Part shown: piece after piece, positions 1-12,192 of the stretch
Position numbering within the stretch: the stretch's first letter is position 1
Layout: each line of letters opens with the position of its first letter
NCBI RefSeq assembly: GCF_004010195.1
Contig: NC_057755.1
Span: 1,291,306-1,355,305 of the forward strand
Reading direction: 5' to 3'
Length of the DNA: 64,000 nucleotides
Source of the DNA: Chiloscyllium plagiosum
Lineage: Eukaryota
Program-made: the position numbers and the translations under genes
The notes under the pieces: generated by a model
The model's database searches: none
The model's input: only the letters and a program-made list of their open reading frames with translations
What the model was told of the DNA's origin: nothing

Positions 1-1200
1 TGATTATGTTCTTTTTTTTACCAATTAAAATTTGGAGATCTTTCCATTCTCCAGGATCTGTTAGATCTGCAATGTCGATCCTCAGTTTCTTTTTGTTTCA
101 CATATTCTGTTAAATGTTCATTATTCTATCATGATTTATTATCGATGTAGTACTCAGTGGTATTGGTGCTAAATCCCTTTTTGGAATTTCTTCCAATATT
201 TTTTGCTCGGAAACTTGCCATATCTACCTCCTCACTGAGAGTAAGAGTCTATGCTGCAAAGAACGTTTTAGCTTCCTTGCTTCCCTTTACCACAGGAAAA
301 ACACTAAGCCTTCTTGCAGTAATTTGCATCAGAAACATTGCTTTTCAAAGCAAAGTTTCGTGCATCTGCTATCAATCAGGTAGAAATTTATTTTTAAAAG
401 GCATTGTACTCTAATTTTTTTCAATTACTTGTCCAAATGATATCTTTCACCTTGGAATATTTCATAGGTGTACTCAACTCTGGGACTTCAAAACTGGCAT
501 CGGTCTGGTTTGAGTACCCAGACGATTCAGCTGTCCAATTAAATTTCACAATTCCTCCATTTCAGTCTCTTGATAGCTGCTACATCTTTTTTGAAGTCTG
601 ACTTTGACTAATAGGAATGGAGCAAACACTTACCAATTAATATTGCTGGTGCAAAATGACACTTGATCTATTCTGCCTGATTTCCAATCCAATGTTTTTC
701 CATACTTAAAGTTTATTATTTTTGATCCTTGCCAAAGCCTTGCTCAGTCTTTTCCATTTAAAAAAAAAATCATTCTCTTTAAAATAAACCATATCTCCCA
801 GATTGAAACTAGTTTCTCCTGGCCTTGCCTTAGATGTTTCTAATCAATTTATTCAGACATGTTATGACACATCTCTGGAATAGATGGGACCGGAACCTGA
901 GTCCTTTTGGTCAGTCACAGGGATACCACCGAAGCACCACAAAACTTGCTGAATTCTTTCTTGGGCTTGTCTCTAATGGTAGCCTTAGTGTGTTCAAATT
1001 CTGTTTAAAAAGTAAAAGTGCTTGTAGTCTTCCCAGGCTGGGAGCTGATTATTACTAATGGATCTTTTAGGATTCTTACTAAAATCTAAATGATAGATTT
1101 AGCACACACCACACACCACAATGGATGGTTTTTGAACATTTCATCCACTATTGTACCATTCCTTTGACATACCCACTGCAAAAAGAACTTTCTTTTACCA
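1..1200 (-). mobile_element. Degenerate Copia-type LTR retrotransposon RT/RNase H relic
   Basis: Minus-strand translation pieces occur in Copia order: IGLEIRQN..VILHQQY (~650-692), LIGQLNRLGTQTRP..FEVPELST (~465-542), FAA*TLTLSEEVDMA..KILEEI (~185-261), YIDNKS (~130-150), KLRIDIADL (62-88). Many stops and frameshifts; the outer boundary is approximate. Confidence 0.6.
850..945 (-). mobile_element. Short tRNA-derived SINE-like fragment
   Basis: Minus strand reads tgtggtgcttcggtggt...caggttccggtccc (A-box/B-box-like); it interrupts the Copia relic. Confidence 0.35.
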
Positions 1201-1234
1201 TGTTCTGACTTAAGGAGGTATCACTAGATTATTC

Positions 1235-1408
1235 TGAGCTGAAAATGTGTTGCTGGAAAAGCGCAGCAGGTCAGGCAGCATCCAGGGAACAGGAGAATCG
1301 ACGTTTCGGGCATGAGCCCTTCTTCAGGAAGCCTGTTCCCTGGATGCTGCCTGACCTGCTGCGCTTTTCCAGCTCTGATCTCCAGCATCTGCAGACCTCA
1401 CTTTCTCC
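1235..1408. mobile_element. Penelope-like (PLE) terminal-repeat-derived hairpin insert with 14-bp TSD
   Basis: TSD tcactagattattc at 1221-1234 and 1409-1422. A forward pLTR piece is followed by its inverted copy; the same terminus flanks GIY-YIG-coding fragments at 13562 and 39056. Confidence 0.85.
1297..1330 (-). ncRNA. Minimal type-I hammerhead ribozyme motif (PLE family A)
   Basis: Minus strand ttc-CTGAAGA-a-gggc-tcat-gccc-GAAA-CG-TC-gat: catalytic core, stem II, palindromic stem III and GUC site. Confidence 0.75.
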
Positions 1409-2879
1409 TCACTAGATTATTCATCAAGCAACTCAGGTAGTTTTTTTGGGGACCTGGGTTTGAATCCTGCCATGCAAGGTGGTGAGATTTGAATCCAATT
1501 TAAACAAAGAAATCTGAAATTTGGAGTCTAATGATGATCCTAAAACCATTGTTGATCATCAGAAAAATCACCTAGTTCACTCATGTCCTTTCGGAAAGAA
1601 AACTGCTCTGATTACCTGGTCTGGCCACATGTGAGTTCACACCCACAGCAATGTGATTGACTCTTAACTCTCTTTAGAATTTAGAAAGTCAAGGATGATC
1701 TGTTTAAAGCCTTCACGAAAGTAATAGTAAAAGACAGGGTTGATTTAAAGATAAATTATTTTCACTGGCTGGGGAATCCTAGAACGAGTTAGTGTAGTCT
1801 AAGAGTTTATGTCCAGACTGTTCACTTCCACACAAGGTGGTAAATGTTTAGAACTCTCATTCCCGAGCAGAGGCGATATATGCTGGGTCAGTTGTTAATT
1901 TTGAACTTGGGGGAGAGAATTTTGTTAACCAGAAGTATTAAGGGATATGGGCCAACGCCAGGTATATGGCATTAGGTATCAAATCAGCCATGATCTCACT
2001 GAATGGTGGGACAGGCTCAAGAGGCTGAATAACTTAATTCTCTACCTATGTTAACTTTTTTGTACTCCATTATGGACTACCAGTTGAGTACAGTTGGAGA
2101 GGTACAGTCTGATCAAGGCTCAAAATCCATGTCTAAAGTTCTCTGGGAAATCATTAGCAGTTTGGGATTAAACATGGGTAGTTTTGAAAAGGTGCTGGGA
2201 GCATACGTCCAAATTTGGGAAGTTATTGACTAGAGAAAAATACAAAAGAAGAAAATAACATGGGAAATGATAAATAGAAAATAAGAGGTCGGCATGGACT
2301 AGTTGAACTGAAGGGTCTCATTCCATGCTGCATGATTCTGACAGAGAATGCAGATCTAACAGCAAATCAACAGATAACAGGAGGTTACAAAAATTTAAAA
2401 AAAAATACAGAACTTAAGGCATGCATGTAGCATTTGAAACAAAGCAGATGAACTAGTAGTGCAAATTAGAATTTGTGCTAAGTTCAGTCCAATGGTCATA
2501 GTACACATTTCCATGAAAACTATATTGATTTTAGGAGTAGAGACTACCAAACTAATGTAAGCAAAATAAAATTAATCAAGGAAATGATGGTACTGAATGA
2601 TGGGTCCCCAGGACAGGATGTTTTTAGTTCAGGGTTTGAAGGAAGTAGTTGAGATTTCTTGTATTTGACTTAAGGATGTGAGCACCACTGCCAATGTTAT
2701 TGTGCACCCTCATTTGCTCTTGAGAACGTGATGAGCTGCTTTCTTGAACTGCTGAAGTCCTTGTGATATAGGTGCCCAAATTGTTTTTGGGCCCACTAAT
2801 GGTGACAGGACAGTCTGCATGTTCCAAGTCAGGATGTTGTGATTGTTATCAAGGAGATTGCAAATGTGTAAGACAATAT

Positions 2880-3885
2880 GAAATGGACAGGCCTAGACTA
2901 TTTGGCCCCTTGACCCTCTGCCATTCAATAGGATTGTGGATGATCTGACATTCCTCACATCCACTATATTACTGCCTTTTCTTGATAACCCTTGATTGTC
3001 ATTAGTGATCAAGAATCCATCTATCTCTGTGTTCAATGTACACAGGAGTCTGCCCGCTCTGTGGGAAGGAGATCCGAAGACATTCAACACTGAGAATAAA
3101 TTCATACTCATCTCAGTCTTAAATTGGCCCTCCTTTAAACTGATTCTATGCTGTCTGGTCCTTGACTGTCTCATGAGAGTAAACATCCACTTAGTATTAA
3201 GCCTGTCAACTCCCTTAACAATGTTATAAATTTCAATGACATCAACCCTCATTCTTCTAAACTTCAGTGAGTACAGTTCCAATCTGCCTAACCTTTACTC
3301 CATAAGAAAATTCCTCCATACCAGGGATATGGGGACTAAAACTGCTCATTGTGCTCCAGATGTGGCATCACCAGAACCTGCCGCTACAACTTCAAACCCT
3401 TTTGAAATAAGGGTCAGCATTCCATTAGCCTTCCTGATTACCTGCTGCCCCTGTGTGCTAGCTTTGTATTTCATTCCCAAGTCTGTATTGCAGCTTTCTG
3501 TCATTTTTCTCCATTTAAATAGTACTTTGTTCTCCTGTTCTACCTTCCAAAAGAACAACTTCTCATTTCCAACATTGTGCTTCATTTGCCAACTTTTTGC
3601 CCACTTGTGTAACCTATCAATTTCACTCTGAACTATTTGTATTCCTCTCAAAAGTTACCTTTCACCTATTTTTGTGTTGCCCGCCAATTGGCTACAATAT
3701 ATTGGCTTCCTTTCTCCAAGTCATTGATACATATTGTAAACAGTTGCAATCCCAGTACTGATCTATATGGAACCCCACCGGTTAAAAGATTGGCAATCTG
3801 AAAAAGAACTCCCTACCCCAGTCTCTATTTCCTTTCCATTAGTCAATTCTCTATCTGTGCCAATGTGCTATCTCCAATACCTTGT
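2880..3885 (-). mobile_element. CR1 LINE 3' fragment (old)
   Basis: ORFs 2893..3282 and 3346..3651 carry CR1 RT C-terminal motifs (IDRLHKWAKSWQM; LYSLKFRRMRVDVIEIYNI). Confidence 0.8.
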
Positions 3886-3898
3886 TCCCCATAAGTAT

Positions 3899-3990
3899 TC
3901 CTGACGAAGGGCTTATGCCCGAAACATCGATTCTTCTGTTCCTCTGATGCTGCCTGACCTGCTGTACTTTTCCAGCAACACAATCTTGAC
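3899..3990 (+). mobile_element. PLE-derived 92-bp insert carrying a hammerhead motif
   Basis: CTGACGA-agggcttatgccc-GAAA-CATC at 3901-3928; flanked by ccccataa(g/t)tat at 3887-3898 and 3991-4002. Confidence 0.75.
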
Positions 3991-4589
3991 CCCCATAATT
4001 ATCACCCAGATTCAATTTCTAAGGAGCCAATATTCACTTTGATCTGTCTCTTCCACTTTTTTTATATATTTAAAGAAGCTCTTATTGCCAAATTTTATAT
4101 TCCTCACTAGTTTGCCCTTGTGTTTTATTTTTTCTCTTTATCTTTTCACTCCTTGTTTTCACGCTCCATGAGTTTTTAGCTTGGACTTAATCTTTGGTGA
4201 GACAACTTGCCTCATGCCTTCTGGAAGTCCAAACACAACACATTAGGTTAGGATAGCTAATCAGCATGGACAGGTTGGACTGAAGGTGTGTTTCCATGCT
4301 GTACATATCTATGACTCTATGATGTACTAGTTTCCTTTTTATACACACCGATTGAGACTTCTTCAAAACTCTAATAAATGAACCCGATATGATCTTTTTA
4401 TATGACATTACCTGTCAGCAATCTGATCAAGATAACAAATTACGTTTATTTTAAGTAAATGTGAGGTGTTGCATTTTGGTAAGGCAGACCAGGGCAGGAC
4501 TTGTACAGTTAACAGGGGCTTGGGCAGTGTTGCTGAACGGAGAGACCTAGGACTGCAGGTATACTGTTCTTTGGCAGTGGAGTCACAAT

Positions 4590-6475
4590 AGAGGATAGGA
4601 ACAGGCCTTTCGGCCCTCCAAGCATGCGCTGAAACATTTTTGCTTTTCCATACTAAAACTGTCTTCACTTACAGGATCCATATCCCTCTATTCCCTTCTT
4701 GTTCATATTTGTCCTGGTGCTGCTTGAATGCTGCTATTGTGTCTGCTTCCACCATCACCTGTGGCAGTGTGTTCCAGGCACCCACCAACCCTCGTTAGAA
4801 AAACTTGCTTTGCACCTCTCTTTTAAACTGCCCCCACATGCCCAACTCCCACCTTGAACCTCTGTCCTCTAGTAATTGACCCCCTCCACCCAGGGAAAAA
4901 GCCTCATTCTTTCCACTCTATCTATGCCATTCACAATCGTATAAATCGCACAAACTGACTAGTCGTCCCTCAACCTCCTGCATTCCAGTGAAAACAAACC
5001 CAGTCTATCAAACCTTTCTTCATAGCTAATATCCCCCATAAGGGGCAACATCCTGGTTAAACTTTTCTGTACTCTTCCCCAAAGCATCCACATACTTCTA
5101 TTAATAAGTGGTGACGAAAACTATATGCAATATTCAAAATATGGCCTAAGTGAAGTTCTATAAAGCTACAATATAACTTGCCTATCCTTATACTCCATGC
5201 CCCTTCCAATTGTTATGGAGCAGTCCACACTCCCTCAAAATACTTCAAGAAAGTAGCCCATAACCTAACTTTTCTAGTTGTTTTAAGTAGATATTCCAAG
5301 AGTGATGCAGCTGGCCCAACCACTTAGTTTTAAACAAAACAGAATTTATTCGCAAGATTGCCGAATGAAACACAAACAAAAGAGATCAGAATATAGAATA
5401 ACTTAACTATTAAAAAAAACCTAATCAACTCTATCGCAACTTAGTGATGCTGTTCCAAATATTTGCAACGTCCCCGTTAATGCCCCCATGGCAAAAAAAG
5501 CAGTAAAAATCAAACACTTGTTCTTATAGGAGTAATGTCTCCAAGAGAGAGAGAGAGAGAGAATCAGCATGGAACTGTCCCTTGGACCAACAGCCTCATA
5601 GGAAACCTAACTGCTTGCTAAAACCAAATCAAACCAAATCCAGAGAAAGTTTGAGCTGGGAAAATTGGACACTCCCTTTTTATTGTACAAGTGTTTTTTT
5701 TTAAAACTTGACAGCCTTTTGTCTGAGATGGTATCTGCTAGCTATAATCAAATTAGCCCAAAAACCCTTCTAAACCAGGCACATCAGAACTTGTGTTTAC
5801 AACCTCTCGGTGGGGGGAGGGAAACAAGGACAGAATAACCTTGTCAAAGCAGCAGCATCGTCACACAATGAAGGCCAGCATGTCATGGGTCTTTGTTTTT
5901 ACTATCTTCTCTACCTGTCACCTTCAGTGATATGTGGACCTGCACGCGCAGATCCCTCTGCATATCAAGACTTCTAAAGGTTCTGCCGTTCACTGTATAA
6001 TTTCCACCTGTACTTGACTTACCAAAATGCATCACCTCTCATTTGTCCTGATTTAAGTTCCATCTGCTATTTTTCTGCTCAAGCCTCCAACTGATCTATA
6101 TCCTACTGTGTCCTCTGATAATCCTCCTCACTATCTGTAACTCCACCAATCTTTGTATCATTCACAAAGTTACTAATCAGACCTCTAAAACATTTATGTA
6201 GACCACGAACAGCAGCAGTCCCAGCACTGATTTCCTGTTGAACACCACTAGTAACAACCCTCCATTCCGAAAAGCATCTTTCTACTACAAACCTCTGTTT
6301 CCTATGAGTAAGCCAGTTCTGTATCCATCTTGCCAGCTCACCCCGATATCATGTGACTTCACCTTTTGTACCAGTCTATCATGAGGGACCTTGTCAACAG
6401 CTTCACTGAAGTCCATTTAGACAACATCAACTGTTTTTTCCCTCATCAATCTCTTCATCACCTCCTCAAATAAAG
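4590..6475 (-). mobile_element. CR1 LINE 3' part, interrupted by a solo LTR
   Basis: CR1 tail (aacaggccTttcggccc) at ~4600; RT-region sequence continues on both sides of 5211-5865. Confidence 0.8.
5211..5865. mobile_element. Solo LTR (655 bp) with 4-bp TSD
   Basis: Termini TGTTATG...CGTCACA; CAAT duplicated at 5207-5210 and 5866-5869; removing it restores continuous CR1 sequence (cccttccaatgaaggcc). Confidence 0.85.
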
Positions 6476-6479
6476 TCTA

Positions 6480-6860
6480 TAGGCAGGCAGTCAGTCCATG
6501 TGACATTTTATAAAATCCTACTGTGAATATAGAACCAGTCTGACTCATGGTTGGAGTATAGGCAGACTCTAACCTCACACCCTTAGTCTGGGATTTACAT
6601 ATTAATGAATCGAAACCTGCAACCCATTCTCAGTGATTTAAAGATTTGACATCAGTGTAGATTTATTCAATAGATCACATCAATTGTATGACACCTTGAT
6701 TTTTTACTCTAAATTCGGTGTCCTATGATCTTGCCCCACTAGCTACCTGATGAAGAAGCAGCCCTCTGAAAGCTTGTACTTCTAAATAAACATGCTGGAC
6801 TGTACCCTGGTGTTCTGTGATTTTTTAACTTTGTCTATCCCAGTCCAACACCAGCACCTC
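6480..6860 (+). mobile_element. PLE-like terminal fragment (family B) with hammerhead motif
   Basis: tac-CTGATGA-agaagcagccctct-GAAA-GC-TT-gta at 6744-6778. The downstream aaataaac..ggact..gtgattttt..cccagtccaac tail is shared with the insert at 27233-27380. Confidence 0.6.
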
Positions 6861-8003
6861 TACATCACAGATCCAAAGTCGTCTGTTCCCTGTGTGGCTC
6901 CAGCCATCTGCTGTCTTTGTTGCTCAACATAGTAGAGAGCATGATGTTTAGAAGGTGCTATCTTCTCGTGCACCTTGCAGATTGTACATGCTCCTGCCAC
7001 TGTGCATGGGTTTTGGAGAAAATGAATGAACATGTGAATGAATGGAGTACTGTTCAAGCATGCTGCTTTGTTTCAGACGGCGTTAACTTGACTGTTGTTG
7101 AAGCCAAACTCATTGTAGCCAGCCAGTCATATTTGATCACTCTCCTTTCACTGCCTCCTGTCTGTGCAGGCTTTGCAACTCAGCAAGTGAGAATAGAAGA
7201 AAACTCAACCGTGTGGAGAGTTCCCATTTCCTTGCTCTTGTTATTCACACTGAGCAAGTTGGGTTTTGATTTAATAGGAGCAACCAGGATGTTATTCAGA
7301 GATTGCCTACCCTGGGAAGCTGGTTAGAAGTTAATTCTTAAATGTCAATTAATATTTGAATTAACCAGTCCAAGCTTGTTTCTTACATTCCCACATGGAC
7401 AGCCTCAGTTTTAAAAACAAACATTCACTGGATGACAACATCACTAGCTAAGCCAACATTTATGGTCCGTTCCTAATTCAATTACAAGTCAACCATATTG
7501 CTGTGGGTCTGGAGTCAATTTCTTCCCTAAAACACATTTGTGAATCAGCAGGTGTTCTTGACAGTCTCTTCAAGGTCTTGATTTTTTTTTCTGAATTGAA
7601 ATACCACTATCTGCTCTTTTGGTTTGTTTTTCTTTCATATTAGTCTATTTATCAAGGGGGGGGGGAAAGGTGATTCTTTGTGTCTTCCATTTCCTGCTCT
7701 CAGATTCTGCCCTTTTGTAATTTTGGTTTTTCTGATTTAATCCTTTATGTTCTTGCTATCCCTTTAAAATGATTACATTTCCGTAGTTTCTTGTATTCCA
7801 GGATATTGAGAGATATGAGGCAAAACTGGATAAATGCAATTGAGTCACAGAACAGTTGTGATTCCACTAATTTCTGCTGTGTCTTAAGGAGATGTTTGAT
7901 AATGTAGTTCACAGGAAGATTCAGAAATTTGTTAAAAGGAGAATTGTAACAGCCTAGGTAGAAACTTGATACTATGTTTTGTTTTGTTGATTTCTGTTCT
8001 CAG

Positions 8004-8170
8004 ATCCGATCCCTACAATCGATGAATTCCTGACAAAATGTGATGATTCCCAACTGTTCCAACTAACAAAATTCTACCAAGACAGACTTGAACAAGCAAT
8101 TGAAGAGCGGGCAGAAGGCCTCTGGCTCATGTTAATGGATGCCGACCAATTCATTGGACAGGAATATCAT
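8004..8170 (+). pseudogene. NLR gene N-terminal exon (helical, death-fold-like domain part 1)
   Basis: Acceptor ttctcag|, donor |gtgagt. Open frame PIPTIDEFLTKCDDSQLFQLTKFYQDRLEQAIEERAEGLWLMLMDADQFIGQEYH ends in phase 0, matching the exon at 21418. Resembles N-termini of shark NLRP3-like proteins as I recall them. Confidence 0.8.
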
Positions 8171-9580
8171 GTGAGTGGGAATATAGTGCTCACATAATTT
8201 GGGCAAATCCACCCCATAAATTGCCTCGGAAAATTTGATCACAGTATTGACTCAAATAAGTCTCTGGCCACACGCAAGTTTCAATTTCAACAAACGCTGT
8301 ATTTCAATTAAGCCGGCAAAAGACCAATAGTCTATGGTCCAGAGTATCTATCAAGATATCTCTGGACTAATAATAGATTTCCAATATCTAGCAAAAAGAC
8401 AGTATATTTCATAGCCCTAATGTGTGTAACTATTTTGCATGTTTAAGTCCCCACAGCGTAATGTTTCTAAGTTCTCATAATTCAAAAGTTGTTAAATCAA
8501 TATATCAATACAAAGCTATTGATTCAAATATTTTTACATCTGGTGCCATTCTCAAACGTCAAAGCAGATAAAGCCAAACAACTGTCAGTATTCTATTCAT
8601 TGAATATGATGGCAGCTTTATCTGAGGGGTAACAATTCCATGGTCTGAGATTCTATGGTCTTTAATTCATTCTCATGGTCACTATGACTGCCATTTTAAA
8701 CTTGTAAGGCAAATTATTATTGCAAAATGGAGACTTACAAATGGAGGCATTTAACTGTTGATTCCCCAATACTTTACCAACTGGGTGACCACGTAAAAGT
8801 TGTCCTTGTAAATGGAATGGAACAAAACATTCCGAGGAAGCTCCTTCAACCACAGGCTGGTTTTCTCTGTTCGCTGCTGATAGGCATATTAGTGATACAT
8901 CAAGTCCTGGCAGTTAGATCGGATTGGCTAATGGTCAATCGAGCCTACTCTGCCATTCAGTATGATCATAGTTGATCCTTTATTTAAATATCTCACACTC
9001 AATCAGATCTACATTTGAAGGAAAAACCCTACAGTCTGAAACAACTACCTAACTATTCTAATCCCGTTTTCCCATAGCCTTGTATGCCTTGATGTCGCAA
9101 GTGCACATCTAAATACTGCGAAAATATTATGAGGGTTTCTGCCTCTACCACTCTTGCAGGCAGTGAGTTCTAGATTTCCATCACCTTCTGGGTGAAAACA
9201 TTTTTCCTCACATCCTCTCTAAACCTCCTTCCCCTTATCTTAAATCAATGCCCACGGTCATTTGAATCCTCCACCAATGGGAACAGTTTCTAACTATCTA
9301 TGCCCCTCATAATTTCATGAGGCCCACCACCACCATGAGCCCAGGCTGTTAAATCTCTGTTTTGTATTTGATGGAAACTCTCCAGCCTGTGCAAATTCCT
9401 GTAAAATCTCCTCTGCACCCAATCTATTCCAATTGCATCCTTTCTATAATATGGATTCCAGAACTGCACATAATACTCGAGCTGTTGCGCAGACGGAATT
9501 TCGTGTTGGTCCCAAGGTCCTGTACTTCCCCCGGGAACCTGTGCCCCACAACCTGAGCCGCCTCCGGAATTTTAATTTTT

Positions 9581-10977
9581 AAGCATGTAGAACATAGATA
9601 GAACATAGAACAATACAGCACAGAACAGGCCCTTCGGCCCACGATGTTGTGCCGAACATTTGTCCTAGCTTAAGCACCCATCCATGTACCTATCCAATTG
9701 CCGCTTAAAGGTCACCAAAGATTCTGACTCTACNNNNNNNNNNNNNNNNNNNNNNNNNNNNNNNNNNNNNNNNNNNNNNNNNNNNNNNNNNNNNNNNNNN
9801 NNNNNNNNNNNNNNNNNNNNNNNNNNNNNNNNNNNNNNNNNNNNNNNNNNNNNNNNNNNNNNNNNNNNNNNNNNNNNNNNNNNNNNNNNNNNNNNNNNNN
9901 NNNNNNNNNNNNNNNNNNNNNNNNNNNNNNNNNNNNNNNNNNNNNNNNNNNNNNNNNNNNNNNNNNNNNNNNNNNNNNNNNNNNNNNNNNNNNNNNNNNN
10001 NNNNNNNNNNNNNNNNNNNNNNNNNNNNNNNNNNNNNNNNNNNNNNNNNNNNNNNNNNNNNNNNNNNNNNNNNNNNNNNNNNNNNNNNNNNNNNNNNNNN
10101 NNNNNNNNNNNNNNNNNNNNNNNNNNNNNNNNNNNNNNNNNNNNNNNNNNNNNNNNNNNNNNNNNNNNNNNNNNNNNNNNNNNNNNNNNNNNNNNNNNNN
10201 NNNNNNNNNNNNNNNNNNNNNNNNNNNNNNNNNNNNNNNNNNNNNNNNNNNNNNNNNNNNNNNNNNNNNNNNNNNNNNNNNNNNNNNNNNNNNNNNNNNN
10301 NNNNNNNNNNNNNNNNNNNNNNNNNNNNNNNNNNNNNNNNNNNNNNNNNNNNNNNNNNNNNNNNNNNNNNNNNNNNNNNNNNNNNNNNNNNNNNNNNNNN
10401 NNNNNNNNNNNNNNNNNNNNNNNNNNNNNNNNNNNNNNNNNNNNNNNNNNNNNNNNNNNNNNTCCTCAAAGAATTCAATCAGACTTGTAAGGCAAGACCT
10501 ACCCTTCACAAATCCGTGCTGGCTGTCCCTAATCAAGCAGTGCCTTTCCAGATACTCATAAATCCTATCCCTCAGTACCCTTTCCATTACTTTACCTACC
10601 ACCGAAGTAAGACTAACTGGCCTGTAATTCCCGGGGTTATCCCTATTCCCTTTTTTGAACAGGGGCACAACATTCGCCACTCTCCAGATGAAAAGATCAT
10701 TGCCAACGGTACTGCAATTTCCTCTCTTGCTTCCCACATAATCCAGGATAGATCCCATCAGGCCCGGGGGACTTGTCCATCCTCAAGTTGTTCAAAATAT
10801 CCAACACCTCTTCCTTCCTAACATGTATCTCCTCTAGCTTACCAGTCCGTTTCACACTCTCCTCTTCAACAATACGGTTCCTCTCAATCGTAAATACTGA
10901 AGAAAAGTACTCATTCAAGACCTCTCCTATCTCTTCCGACTCAATACACAGTCTCCCACTAAAGTCCTTGATTGGAC
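9581..10977 (-). mobile_element. CR1 LINE (5'-truncated) spanning the assembly gap
   Basis: (CATAGAA)n tail at ~9584-9610; RT motifs WRVANVVPLFKKG..PGNYRPVSLTSVVGK..SQHGFVKGRSCLTSLIEFFE and DKSPGPDGIYP. Confidence 0.9.
9734..10462. other. Assembly gap (729 N)
   Basis: Run of N. Confidence 1.
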
Positions 10978-12016
10978 CATGTATCACGCCGTCCACCTCT
11001 TCTCCCTCATCCACCACCCGGACACGCCTTAGCATGCCCATCTGCCAGTGGAGGACTCTCTATGCGGGAGTCCTCCCCCTTTCTCTCGGGATCTGGGGTG
11101 AAGGGGACCTCCGCGTGCAGCACCCTGTGATCGCAAATTGCGATGTTTCATGGACTCCCAGCCCAACTGTTTGTTCTGTGGTGCTGTGGAATCCATGGAT
11201 CATGTGTATATATGGGGTGTGGGCGTTTGCATTCCCTTTTTGATTTTCTTAAAAACCTCCTTCTCTGTTTCTGGTTGCACTTCAGTCCCACGCTCCTGAT
11301 CTTCAGGCACCCAGTACGAAAGGAGGAGGGCAGATCTGAGGACCTCCTTGTGGGTCTGTTCGTGGGCCTGGCCAAACTGGCCATAAACAGGTCCAGGCAG
11401 CGGGCCGTGGAGGGGGTTGTTAGGTTCGACTGCCTGCCCCACTTCTGCGGTTATGTTAGAGACTGGGTGTCTCTGGAGAAGGAGCACGCGGTGTCCACCA
11501 ACACCCTCGGGCTGTTCAGGGAGAGTTGGGCACCGTAGGGAGTGGAGTGTATTATTTCCCTGTTCAATTCTATTTTGATTCAATCCCTGCCCCTCCCCTT
11601 CACTGTTTGCTTATGCAACATTGCCCTTTGATGTCAAGGGCACTGCTTGTCACTGGCCACTTGGGTGTTGGAAACTGAATAAAGATTTGTGCACCTTGAG
11701 TTTTAAAAAAAATACTCTAGCTGTGGCCCTGCCAATGTTTTGTACAGTTCCAGCATCATCTCCCTGCTGTCCTGCTTTCTCCCTATATTATTTGATGCCT
11801 TTTGTCTCTGTTTGCTGAGCTGTGTATTCAGTGACCTTGGCCTTCAGGATTTCTAAAAGTTCACTACCTCGCTGAGCAAATTTATCATCTCTGTTCAAAA
11901 TGACCGTTCATAACACAAGAGACCATGACCCCTTGTGTTATACCATAGCTAAGAAAGTATTATCTCTGCATTAATTCTGTCCAAGCCTGTCAAACTTTTA
12001 TGTTTCAATAACCTCC

Positions 12017-12192
12017 CAGTCGATACAGGGCCCGCCGTGATACTTCCTTAAAAAGGATACAAAACTAAAATTCTGGAGGCACCTCAGGTTGTGAGGCACA
12101 GGTTCCCGGGAGAAGTACAGGACCTTGGGACCAACATGAAATGCCGTCTGCGCAACAGCTAGAGTATTATGTGCAGTTCTGGAATCCATATT
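12017..12192 (-). repeat. Inverted local copy of the CR1/Tx1 junction at 9448-9579
   Basis: The reverse complement matches 9448-9579 at roughly 90%, including host flank, TSD and Tx1 5' end. Confidence 0.85.

Larger units (their letters stand above)
1215..1680 (+). mobile_element. Deu-domain (SacSINE1-like) SINE, interrupted by a PLE hairpin insert
   Basis: B-box-like gggtttgaatcc (~1456) followed by the Deu-domain-like core aaatctg..gagtctaatgatga..gttcactcatgtcctttcggaaag..cacagcaatgtgattgactcttaac. Confidence 0.55.
9486..11710 (+). mobile_element. 5'-truncated Tx1-like (L1 clade) LINE, later interrupted by a CR1
   Basis: C-terminal CCHC remnant (CLFCGAVESMDHVY..GC), ORF 11143..11538, AATAAA and A-tail at ~11680-11710, TSD aatactc(g/t)agctgt at 9472-9485 and 11711-11724. 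Confidence 0.75.

Noticed and set aside
7150..7960. First (ATG) exon or promoter of the NLR gene
   Set aside because: No convincing ATG-donor combination in phase 1; the nearest GT (7958) would leave a 46-nt intron.
9684..10758. Long ORFs of 257-342 aa
   Set aside because: They run through the N gap; the real parts are CR1 sequence.
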